A stretch of 64,000 bases of DNA from Eledone cirrhosa (Eukaryota), in the NCBI GenBank assembly GCA_964016885.1, contig OZ024743.1:247318001-247382000 (forward strand), in the 5' to 3' direction. Of this stretch, positions 11,495 through 20,710 are shown piece after piece. Within the stretch, counting starts at the first letter, position 1. Each line of letters starts with the position of its first letter. The translations under genes and the position numbers were made by a program. The notes under the pieces were generated by a model. It saw only the letters and a list, made by a program, of their open reading frames with translations, made no database searches and was not told the DNA's origin.

Positions 11495-13000
11495 GCTCAG
11501 GGCTACCACTCTTAATGTTGTCACATTTAAAGGTAGATCCAGTGAAATTGTGGTGGTTCTGACATGAATGAATGGGTGTCTTATTCAAGAGTTGAGATGG
11601 AGGAGAGCATCAACTAGACTCCTCACTTACAGACAGCATAAATATTAGCTCTTCTGAGTAGGAAGTAATGATGGGATAAATGGAATCGGCATTTTATGAG
11701 CTGAGATGTGGATAGGTAATGTAATAGAGCAAATGTAAAAATTATCAAGCTCAGAATGGTCACGCACAACAGAATGACAATAGTTATCTCTACTTATGCA
11801 CCATAATCAGGATTAAATAAAGAACAAAAAGAAAGTTTTTATGAGGAACTCTTCCAGATGACCCTTAGCAACAGATGACAGAAACTATCATTTTGGTTGG
11901 TGACTTCAATGGACATGTTGATCAACACCAGGATGGTTACTTTCAAGTACATCGCAGCTGTGGATATGATTCAAGAAATGAAGAGAGATCAAGTATTCTA
12001 AATCTCAATGATACAAATGATCTATCTATTTGCAACACTAACAACGGGATACCAGCTAGACACTAGATCACCTACTAATCAGGAGAACACGCAAGCCAGA
12101 TTGACTTCTTGTTTGTTAGAAAATAGAATAGACAAGTGGTTATGAATGCTAAGGCCTTTCCCAGAGATTATTGTGCCCCAATACCCGCAACATAAGTCAA
12201 CAATGCTGTTAGGATAAAAATTTGACAAAATCAGAAATGCAGGAAAATTTGAAGAGGGAGGGTATGGAAGCTTAAAGAACTCTGTTAAATATAGGTTCAG
12301 AAAGGTTCTGTGATGTGTACAATAAGAAGAAAGAGGAGATAGATACATTTCGCAGAAGACAATTGGAAGTTTCCAGAGGACAACCAACTACAGGGTACTG
12401 ATGAGAACTGCAACAGGAGCCTTGTACCAGCTAGATGAAGGGTGACTCTGTGGCAGAAAAGCACTGTAGACAGCAATATTAAAGCCAGGAAACAGGCATG
12501 GAAAGACTGGAAAATGGGGGCAGAAAAGAACAATACCAAATAGCTAATAGAAAAGGTAGATGTCAGGATTACATAGCATGTAAAGAAACTGAAAGTAGAT
12601 TTGCTAACATTATGTGACATGAGAACCAGAGGCATTGGGTATTTTGTATATCAAAGCATTGAACCAGTGTGAACCAGGATGTTGTTGGGGAAAAATGTGT
12701 TTGGAATGACACCAGTGCACTTAGCCTCACTTATGTTCAGAAAGGGACTTGGAGATGCTATTATGAGAGGTTGATGAATTTGGAGAATCAGTGGAAGGAA
12801 GATGGACTACCTCCAGTTGACTTGACTGATAGGCTAACTATCAAAGTTGACAGGTACAGGGTCAAAGAAACAATAAGGGAAATGAATAATGGAAAAGTAG
12901 CTGGACCATCAAAGTCGTTGAGAAGCTGAAATATATCTTGTGAAGTAAGAATCTAGATAGTTACCTGCATAGTCAAGCAGTTAATACATGCTGGTGTCAT
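11495..13000 (+). mobile_element. Old, heavily mutated RTE copy (APE endonuclease to start of RT)
   Basis: Fragments LRATTLNV, VISTYAP, IILVGDFNGHVD, SQIDFLFV, DVVGEKCV, YERLMN and GKVAGPS are collinear with 7050-8300, with many stops and frameshifts. Confidence 0.85.
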
Positions 13001-13264
13001 GTACTGAATATTTTCTTTTATAGTGGTACAGCACTAGAAAAGTAGTCATGTCCTCAACAGGTCTAAAGGCTTCTTTCAACTCTACAGTGTGGTTTAGATA
13101 TACTTATATGTATTAGTCTCAAACAATTATACAAATTCCATGTGGTTTGGGAGAAATATATCTATTTGAATCCACCTCAGAAGCTGCTTAATACATACTT
13201 TATCATCCCTGGTGGTTTAAAAGAGAAATTACCTAACAATATAGAAATACAAATCTAAATACTT

Positions 13265-13520
13265 TTAACCCTTTTTATGCCAAACCACATGAAACTATCC
13301 CAGATATGGAACCGTTTGTTTTGAAGAGTTTATATTTATCTAAAAAAAACTTCCATCATAATTTTATCTAAGAACATTTAAGAACCTTTGTTAAATTACG
13401 TTCCAAACACTAACTTAATGAGAAAGTTATATTACTAAATTCCTCCAAATTCTTGATTATTTTCAAAATTATATGAAAATCAGAGGCAGTGTCTTTCAAC
13501 AGAAATATGGTTATGAAATA
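13265..13520. mobile_element. piggyBac-type MITE, degenerate (inverse orientation to 4132-4345)
   Basis: TTAACCCTTTT start. The end CAACAGAAATATGGTTATGAAA is similar to the reverse complement of 4140-4160. Confidence 0.5.
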
Positions 13521-13859
13521 TGCCACTTCTGCCACTCAAATATTGTATTCATATGTATTGATTGAGTAACAACAACCTGTTTAGTCAATATCATATCCTT
13601 TTATTGAATTATTCAATTGTGATAAACAATATAAAATTCAGTTCCTTCATAAACTATCAGAATATCTATAGATAACAATATGCAAACTAATTTATATTGA
13701 AATTACTCAATGCATTCATGTGTAACTATTGAAATATACTTGAATCTCACATGTTGTGTTGTCATCTTGGTACCAGCCACTTCCCATGGTATTCTGCTGC
13801 TCTTACCAATATCATGAAATAGTGTTTGGCTACAGCCTGTTTTCTATTGTAAATGGGGC

Positions 13860-14205
13860 TGGCAGCCAAAAGAAAAAATGAAATCACATTCTTTCCATTC
13901 TAGGGTGGTCTCTATGTAATCTAGGATGTAATCTGCAGTGATACTTTCTCCAGTAGCAACCTGGTGAAATTAGCATCATCGTATACTTTATGTCTTCTAT
14001 TTTAATATGATCACCTGGCCCTAGGATGCATTTAGCAGACACAGCTCTGATGAACGTATTTTCATTAGGTTTCCATTTTTAGGATATATTTTTGTACAAT
14101 GCATTTTTATCAGCTGAGTGGACATAGCAATATAAAATAAAATGTCTTACTCAAGGACACAATGTGCCACCAGGAGTCGAACACACTAAGCTACACACCT
14201 TCACA
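13860..14205 (-). mobile_element. Degenerate tRNA/CORE-type SINE
   Basis: Minus strand GTTCGACTCC B-box followed by GTGTCCTTGAGTAAGACATTTTAT (CORE-like) and CCACTCAGCTG. The 3' boundary is uncertain. Confidence 0.5.
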
Positions 14206-14461
14206 AATTGTTATCAGACTTCACCAAACACTTTAAAAACAAATTTCTCCCCACCTCAGTTGGTAAAAGAAATTTGTCATATTATTTTAATATGATGAAA
14301 ATTTTCGGCACGGTTATAACTAAATTTTTGATTTGTGGATATATTTTTATATGTACAATTACAAAGTTTTATTCTAAAGATAGAATATAAAATATTTTTA
14401 AATTCTCAATTTAAAATGCAATCCCACTAAACTTTCACGCAACGTCACTGAATTTGTAACC

Positions 14462-14492
<31 letters not shown>

Positions 14493-14511
14493 ACTTTGGG
14501 TAGGGCTGATA

Positions 14512-14658
14512 TCTATCTCTCTCTATATAAAATTCTTTGTCTTGTCTGTTCCTATGCATTCTCAAACAGCTGGAACAAATCAAATCAAATTAGACCCCGG
14601 GGGGAGGAGGGGGTTGTCAACATGTAATTTTTATTTTTATTTGGATTAAAAAAATATA
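14512..14658 (+). mobile_element. Non-autonomous Helitron 5' fragment
   Basis: A|TCTATCTCTCTCTATATAAAA start followed by TGTC-rich sequence, like the neighbouring Helitron 5' ends. No 3' end of its own was seen. Confidence 0.45.
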
Positions 14659-15580
14659 TCTACTTATATATATAACCAGCAATTTCTCTGTCTGTCTGTC
14701 CGACAGTGGAAACACGTGCGTAGAGAGAGAGTGAGAGTGAAAGAAAGAAACAGACTACGAGAGGGGGATAGCGGGAGGGAGAGAGAGAGAGTGAATAGAC
14801 GCTAAAACACGTGCTACAGAAATATTACCTTCCCCTTCCTTTCTCCACTTTGGTACTACCAGGAGAAACACTGTCGCTATAGAAACATTACCTTCCCCTC
14901 TCCACTGACTTTGGTCACTGAGGCCGAGGGAATTGCTGGTTGCTATAGAGACACCTTGCACAACCAGTTCGAGGCGGTTCTGACTTGACACCATGCGAAG
15001 AAGGTTGACATTGAATTTGTGGTTGTTGCTGCTGATAATAAGGACCATTTGAAGAAGGTTGCTGCTGATGAGGTTGCGCAGTTCCATAACCTACGTTTGA
15101 TTTGTTCAATTTTTTTCTTCAATTTTTTTTTTTTTTTTTTTTTTTAATTTCTTATTGAAAAAATATAAATAATAAAATAAGGTTAGACATTTAAATACAA
15201 TTAAATACGATTTAATTTCCATTTCCAGCAGCCAATGTCCAGTGTTCAATTTCATGAAAAAATTGGAAATAATTCAAAAAATTGAAGTTTAACTTTTGAA
15301 CATTTGTTTTGACAATAAAAAAATATTTCCTTATTCACACCTAAATGATTAAAATTTCATAGGAATATTTTTTTCTAACCACCAGTTATTTATTTTCTCC
15401 TTTTTCGTTTTAACATATATTTATTTCAAAGATTTCACCGTATAGATAACATATATATTTATACATGCATAAAAGACACACTGAGAGACGATGAACATGT
15501 GGTGCCGAAAACATTTCTCATCCAAATCTCAACAATATCAGTATATACACTAGATTTGCTAGCAGGTGGTTTTCTGCTAG
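14659..15580 (+). mobile_element. Non-autonomous Helitron H1
   Basis: 5' A|TCTACTTATATATATAA plus (TGTC)n. 3' short hairpin ATTTGCTAGCAGGT then TTCTGCTAG (CTAG 15577-15580). Confidence 0.65.
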
Positions 15581-15964
15581 TCTATATATCTAAAACAGAG
15601 AATGTCTGTCTGTCTGTCTCCCTAAAACTCGAGAACCTCCGAACCGATTGTTTTCAAACTCTACACATGTAATACTTATGGTCGTGTGAGCGTTTTGAGC
15701 AAAATAATTTCAAATTTTCAATGCCCTAGGGACTGCATTAGGCGATTTAGCGATCTCTCTCTATAATTCTTAGTCTTTCTTTTTAGATAGATACATAGCT
15801 ACGACGTCACGCCCTTATAATATCTGTCTGTATGTCTGGCTGTCTGCATTACGACATTATGACGCTATCTATGTGTGTGTGTGTGTGTATATATATATAT
15901 GTGTTATGTTGATTTAAAACTTCACTATTCACAAGTGTTTTTTAAGCTTCATATCATGTATCTC

Positions 15965-16035
15965 TATTTTATCTGATGAGAACGCAGATATAATCCCATG
16001 TTGATATTTGTTTTTGAAATGCGCATAATAAAATA
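15965..16035 (+). ncRNA. Minimal type I hammerhead ribozyme motif
   Basis: Stem I TATTTTAT/ATAAAATA, core CTGATGA (15973-15979), stem II GAACGCAGATA...TATTTGTTTTT, GAAA (16016-16019), stem III T-GCGC-A with palindromic loop, cleavage triplet AUA. Confidence 0.75.
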
Positions 16036-16069
16036 CTTGGAACTCTTTTAACCATCTTTTGATCTTATA

Positions 16070-16080
16070 TTATATATATA

Positions 16081-16158
<78 letters not shown>
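16070..16158. repeat. (TA)n microsatellite
   Basis: About 44 TA units with one interruption. Confidence 0.95.
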
Positions 16159-16161
<3 letters not shown>

Positions 16162-16244
16162 GGAGGTGAGTTTTATAGTAGTACAATAAAGCAATGCAGA
16201 TATCGATTAAGTAGCACTCTACAGTTTGTAGGACTGGAGTATAA

Positions 16245-16474
16245 ATAATAATATATAAGATCAAAAGATGGTTAAAAGAGTTCCATGTCTTTTATTATGC
16301 GCATTTCAAAAACAAATATCATCATGCAATAACATTTGCGTTTTCGTCAGTTAAAATAGGAATTTTATCTGACGAAAACGCAAATGTTATTGCATGATGA
16401 TATTTGTTTTTGAAATGCGCATAATAAAAGACATGGAACTCTTTTAACCATCTTTTGATCTTATATATTATTAT
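16245..16474. repeat. Near-perfect 113-bp-arm fold-back palindrome with a hammerhead motif on each strand
   Basis: Arms 16245-16357 and 16362-16474, loop AGGA, one mismatch seen near the axis. Confidence 0.92.
16363..16429 (+). ncRNA. Minimal type I hammerhead ribozyme motif (mirror copy on minus strand 16290-16356)
   Basis: TTTTAT-CTGACGA-AAACGCAAAT...ATTTGTTTTT-GAAA-T-GCGC-A-TA-ATAAAA; complete conserved core with all three stems. Confidence 0.78.
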
Positions 16475-16773
16475 ATATATATATATATATATTGGTAAAC
16501 GGAATAGAAAATGCTGACAAATTGTTCACAGTTGAAAAATGGTTTAATTAGGAATAAAAGAGTATTAGTGATTGTATGGGTTAGTATTCAGTTGTGGTTT
16601 TAAGTTTTTACCGGTTGCGCATTTCTAAATGTTTTTCAAAAATAATTTTGAGATAGAGTGTCCGTGTTGTTTGCTCTGATATATATAGTAATAATAATAA
16701 ATTTGAAGACTAAAATCCAAAGAGGGCTCGATAAGGATAAATATATATCAAATATATAAGAACCGTAGAGCAA

Positions 16774-16904
16774 ATATTTATTAAAATAACAGATTAAAGT
16801 TTAAGCAAAGAATCGCTGCTTTCACCCTTAACGGGATAAGATCTCGTTAAGGGTGAAAGCAGCGATTCTTTGCTTAAATTTTAATCTGTTATTTTAATAA
16901 ATAT
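16774..16904. repeat. 64-bp-arm fold-back palindrome centred on a truncated hammerhead
   Basis: Arms 16774-16837 and 16841-16904, loop AAG. The right arm matches 17985-18043, which folds as a hammerhead. Confidence 0.9.
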
Positions 16905-17006
16905 ATATATATATATATATATGCTTTCACCGTATTTTAGACTAAAGGAATTTCTAGCCTGATAGTGGGGTTTATAACCCTCGGAGAAATGGAAAAAGAT
17001 GAGTGT

Positions 17007-17077
17007 TGCCGTACATGGGAGTCGAACCCACATCTTTGGTTATCCAGACCACTGTGCTACCATTACACCAATACACA
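17007..17077 (-). pseudogene. tRNA-like Pol III head (copy 1)
   Basis: Reverse complement of 17394-17464. Confidence 0.6.
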
Positions 17078-17393
17078 TCCCGTCTCCTTCCATTCGAATT
17101 AGAAGCTATAAACTTAGCAAATGAATGATAAACAAGCAAATTATAAATGTAAACATGTAAGTATGTTTTTTGAAACGGTGCGCGAGTTTGAAATTATAAA
17201 TTATAAATTATAAGCTTTCACCGTATTTTAGACTAAAGAAATGTCTAGCCTAATAGTGGGGTTTATAACTCTCGGAGAAATGGAAAAAGATGAGTGTTGC
17301 CGTACATGGGAGTCGAACCCACATTTATAATTTGCTTGTTTATCATTCACTTGCTAAGTTCATAGCTTCTAATTCGAATGGAAGGAGACGGGA

Positions 17394-17464
17394 TGTGTAT
17401 TGGTGTAATGGTAGCACAGTGGTCTGGATAACCAAAGATGTGGGTTCGACTCCCATGTACGGCA
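17394..17464 (+). pseudogene. tRNA-like Pol III head (copy 2); probably not a functional tRNA
   Basis: A-box TGGTGTAATGG, D stem GTGT/GCAC, anticodon arm GTGGT-CTGGATA-ACCAA, T arm GTGGG-TTCGACT-CCCAT, TTTTT terminator ~10 nt downstream. The acceptor stem has 2 terminal mismatches, and the GGA anticodon lacks the long Ser variable arm. Confidence 0.6.
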
Positions 17465-17676
17465 ACACTCATCTTTTTCCATTTCTCCGAGAGTTATAAA
17501 CCCCACTATCAGGCTAGAAATTTCTTTAGTCTAAAATACGGTGAAAGCTTATAATTTCTAATTTCTAATTTCAAACTCGCGCACCGTTTCAAAAAACATG
17601 TTTACATTTATAATTTGCTTGTTTATCATTCACTTGCTAAGTTCATAGCTTCTAATTCGAATGGAAGGAGACGGGG

Positions 17677-17747
17677 TGTGTATTGGTGTAATGGTAGCAC
17701 AGTGGTCTGGATAACCAAAGATGTGGGTTCGACTCCCATGTACGGCA
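17677..17747 (+). pseudogene. tRNA-like Pol III head (copy 3)
   Basis: Same sequence as 17394-17464, 283 bp downstream. Confidence 0.6.
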
Positions 17748-17973
17748 ACACTCATCTTTTTCCATTTCTCCGAGGGTTATAAACCCCACTATCAGGCTAG
17801 AAATTTCTTTAGTCTAAAATACGGTGAAAGCTTATAATTTCTAATTTCTAATTTCAAACTCGCGCACTATTTCAAAAAACATGTTTACATTTATAATTTG
17901 CTTGTTTATATATATATATATATACATATATAGTGTGTAATATTTACTTCTGCGTTCACAGATTGATTTTTTT

Positions 17974-18024
17974 AGTTTCAGAAGATCCCGTTATGGGTGA
18001 AAGCAACGATTCTTTGCTTAAACT
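17974..18024 (+). ncRNA. Type I hammerhead-like motif with one core substitution
   Basis: AGTTT-CAGAAGA (U4A relative to CUGAnGA)-TCCC-GTTAT-GGGT-GAAA-GCAA...TTGC-TT-AAACT; stems I, II and III all pair. Confidence 0.55.
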
Positions 18025-18207
18025 TTAATCTGTTATTTTAATATATATATATATATAATTATATATTCGTGTACAGATATTTTTGCATACACAATAACAA
18101 AATATAAACAAACGTATTTATTTCACGAGGCTCGATAAAGATAAATATATATCAAATATATCAGAACCCTAGAGCAAATTCCGAGCAACGCCGGGCCATT
18201 CTGCTAG

Positions 18208-18732
18208 TTTTATCTAAAATGACTTTTTTATAGTAAACTGTAGTAAACAACCATGACGACGACAACCACGATGACGTCATATTGTATATGAGTGTGTATG
18301 TGTCTGTGTGTTTGCAAGTTTGTTACATACGTTTGGCCTCAGAGAATTAAACACACACACACACACATTTACACATACATATAGACAATTAAACACACAC
18401 ACACATCTACACATACATATGTGATAACAGACAGGTGTGCGTAAATGTGTCTGTCTTAGTATATGTATGTGAGTGTGTGTGAGCAACAATTTATTCATTT
18501 GGGCAACAACAAAAAATGACTCAATGCATATTGTTTACCCTAAGGTGCTTCAAGATTGACAGATTTTCATTTCTAAATTCTATTATCATAACAATTTTTA
18601 TATTTTTTTTTTCTAAGATATAGATATTTTGAAATAATTATGAGAAGAAAAAAAAACATATCTTCATATTTATTGTTTACTAATCTGAATAAGAACAGCA
18701 GTAACCCGGGCAACGCTGGGTAATTCAGCTAG
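18208..18732 (+). mobile_element. Non-autonomous Helitron H3
   Basis: Starts right after the H2 CTAG with a degenerate TTTTATCTAAAA. Ends with hairpin CCCGGGCAACGCTGGG and TTCAGCTAG (CTAG 18729-18732). Confidence 0.65.
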
Positions 18733-19060
18733 TCTATCTATATAATACTAAAAGTCTGTGATTGCTTGCTTGCTTGCTTGCTTGTCTGTAATGTAATACA
18801 GCCAAAAAGGGTGCATAGTGGGAAAATACTTTGAAAGGAAGTTGTGCCTGAAATGGGAATACAAATGGACAAAACAAGTTTCGCGTAAATCGGACAACGG
18901 AGTCCCGAGATATGGGGTTTTTCTGGGTACCTTCATAAACAAAGAGAGAGAAAGATAGAGAGGAAGAGATAGTGGTTTCGACAGAGTATATTGAAAGAGA
19001 GACATACAGAGAGGGAGAGGAAGAAGAGTAGAATGGAAGAGAGCTGATGGTGGTGTTGTG
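18733..19060 (+). mobile_element. Non-autonomous Helitron H4 (5' part; 3' end not found)
   Basis: TCTATCTATATAATACTAAAA plus (TTGC)n directly after the H3 CTAG. Confidence 0.55.
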
Positions 19061-19067
19061 TGTATAT

Positions 19068-19238
19068 ATATCACAGAAAAAAGAGAATCAGTCTTGCGAC
19101 GAAGGGAATTTGTTGGACATATTACAAATGTCTCTCGGGCGACCAGATCGTGATTGAGCTGGTCACCCCGAGAAACATTTGTAATATGTCCAATAAATTC
19201 CCTTCGTCGCAACACTGATTCTCTTTTTTCTGTGATAT
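19068..19238. repeat. ~80-bp-arm fold-back palindrome centred on hammerhead stem II
   Basis: Arms 19068-19146 and 19159-19238 with a few mismatches. The right arm has GAAA-CAT-TTGTAAT-ATG-TC (19172-19190), the 3' half of a hammerhead with a GUC site. Confidence 0.88.
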
Positions 19239-19346
19239 CATACTCTGCTCCACGAGGGCATCAAGTGCTCATACGGCCTACCGCATACGGACGCTTTAAG
19301 CATCCAACACCAATTATATATATATATATAATTGTGGTATAATTGT

Positions 19347-19516
19347 GCAAAGTGGTCGTGGAGGTGCCACGGCAAAAAAGCACCCAGCACTCACTGTAAA
19401 TGAGGTTGGTGTTAGGAAGGGCATCCAGCTGTAGAAATCAAGCCAGAATCAGTTCCCGTCCCACCCTTGCAAGCAGGGAAAAGTGGACGTAAAATGAAAT
19501 GATGAATGATGATGAT
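19347..19516 (+). mobile_element. Solo RTE 3' UTR (5'-truncated) with (GAT)n tail
   Basis: Closely similar to parts of 9823-9980, followed by the terminal motif and GATGAT. Confidence 0.85.
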
Positions 19517-19910
19517 ATATATATATATGAGTGTGTGTGTATATATATATATGTGTATGTGTCTATGACCAGTGTATATAGATCACAGACACCCGGTTAC
19601 TTACATATATGTGCCATTGTCCTGTGTTCCCCCTTCTATCGGTATGTTTACTTCGTTTTTTCCCTTTTTCCTTTTTTTCTTCTTCCATTTTTCTTTCTTC
19701 CTCTCTCTCTCCACTATCACTTCCTTCCCTCATGGCCTTTTGATAGATAAAAGGCCATGGGCGCGCTACGGATCGATGTTCTGTTTTAAGCGTCGAAATA
19801 TCCGTAGTAAACAGCTGACGAAGGGAAACTTTTCTTCTCATGTTTGTGTCCCGATTACCTTCTAATACTTCGTTTTCAGTAACCACACAGCCAGCCTCGC
19901 CTTCTAACCC

Positions 19911-19911
<1 letters not shown>

Positions 19912-19997
<86 letters not shown>
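19912..19997. repeat. (TA)n microsatellite
   Basis: About 43 TA units with one interruption. Confidence 0.95.
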
Positions 19998-20001
<4 letters not shown>

Positions 20002-20398
20002 AAGGTTAAACAAGGTTCAATGAATAAATCAAAGAATGAGTTTTACAATAGATTGGAAGCACTCCACAATATGGTTTTCCGGAGTTATTAATATTAATTC
20101 AAAATATTGATGAGGACGTACTGTTGAAGATAGCTCAGTACCTCTGAAATATGTATAATAAAATATACTTGATCACACGAATGTCTATTTTTGTTAATAT
20201 TTTCACATTATATACATGTCTGTGTATATTTTAATTATTTAAAAATTATTTTTAAGTGAACATGATTTTTTTTAAATATTTTGAAGTGAACGTGACCCAA
20301 TGGGTGGTTTAGTACGTACTTAAAATTAAAAATAAAATCAATGCCGGCATGGTAAATCGACAGAAACTACTGAAAAGGTATCTCGGATATTTCAAGAA

Positions 20399-20710
20399 AT
20401 CTCGCCATCAATTTACGTGCGTTCGGCTGCCAGTCCAGGCTCTGCTGCCCGCCAGACGGAAGGGGGCAAACTGTCCAAGTATCGGTCACTCTCTGACAGG
20501 TTTGAAGTAGAGCTTGTTGCAATGGAAACTTAAGGCGGCCTTGGCCCCCGTAGAACAATCCTGCTCACTGCTATCGGAGTGAAGTTGGCTGCCGGCAGAT
20601 GCGGGGCCCACGAGGTGAAGTGGCTGTTCCAGCACGTCTCTCTCGCCGTCTTCCCGAATAATGTATTCAACATCCTGTCAGCCGGGACCAAGAGACGAAG
20701 AGTAAATTAG
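20399..20710 (+). mobile_element. CRE-clade non-LTR retrotransposon 3' remnant (restriction-like endonuclease C-terminus)
   Basis: Translation SAARQTEGGKLSKYRSLSDRFEVELVAMET*GGLGP...IGVKLA...EVKWLFQHVSLAVFPNNVFNIL matches the CRE pattern AAxxAExxKxxKY...ETxGxxG...LxQRxSxAxQRGNA. GC-rich island in AT-rich context. Confidence 0.75.

Larger units (their letters stand above)
16923..17908. mobile_element. Tandem/inverted array of a ~283-bp unit with a tRNA-like head, inserted in (TA)n
   Basis: About 1.4 units on minus (16923-17324, period 291 owing to an 8-bp insertion) joined through ACAT microhomology (17321-17324) to ~2.1 units on plus (period 283). The copies are nearly identical. Confidence 0.88.
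15581..18207 (+). mobile_element. Non-autonomous Helitron H2, expanded by nested insertions in its (TA)n tracts
   Basis: 5' TCTATATATCTAAAA plus (TGTC)n. 3' hairpin CCGAGCAACGCCGGG and TTCTGCTAG (CTAG 18204-18207). Pairing of these two ends into one element is inferred. Confidence 0.65.

Noticed and set aside
16590-16650. Minus-strand hammerhead-like relic (TGAAAAACATTT-AG-AAATG-CGCAA-CCGG-TA)
   Set aside because: Both conserved core boxes are mutated; too degenerate to call.
17394-17464. Functional tRNA-Ser(GGA) gene
   Set aside because: Broken acceptor stem, no long variable arm, T at position 37, and it lies in a mobile-looking tandem unit; treated as tRNA-derived.
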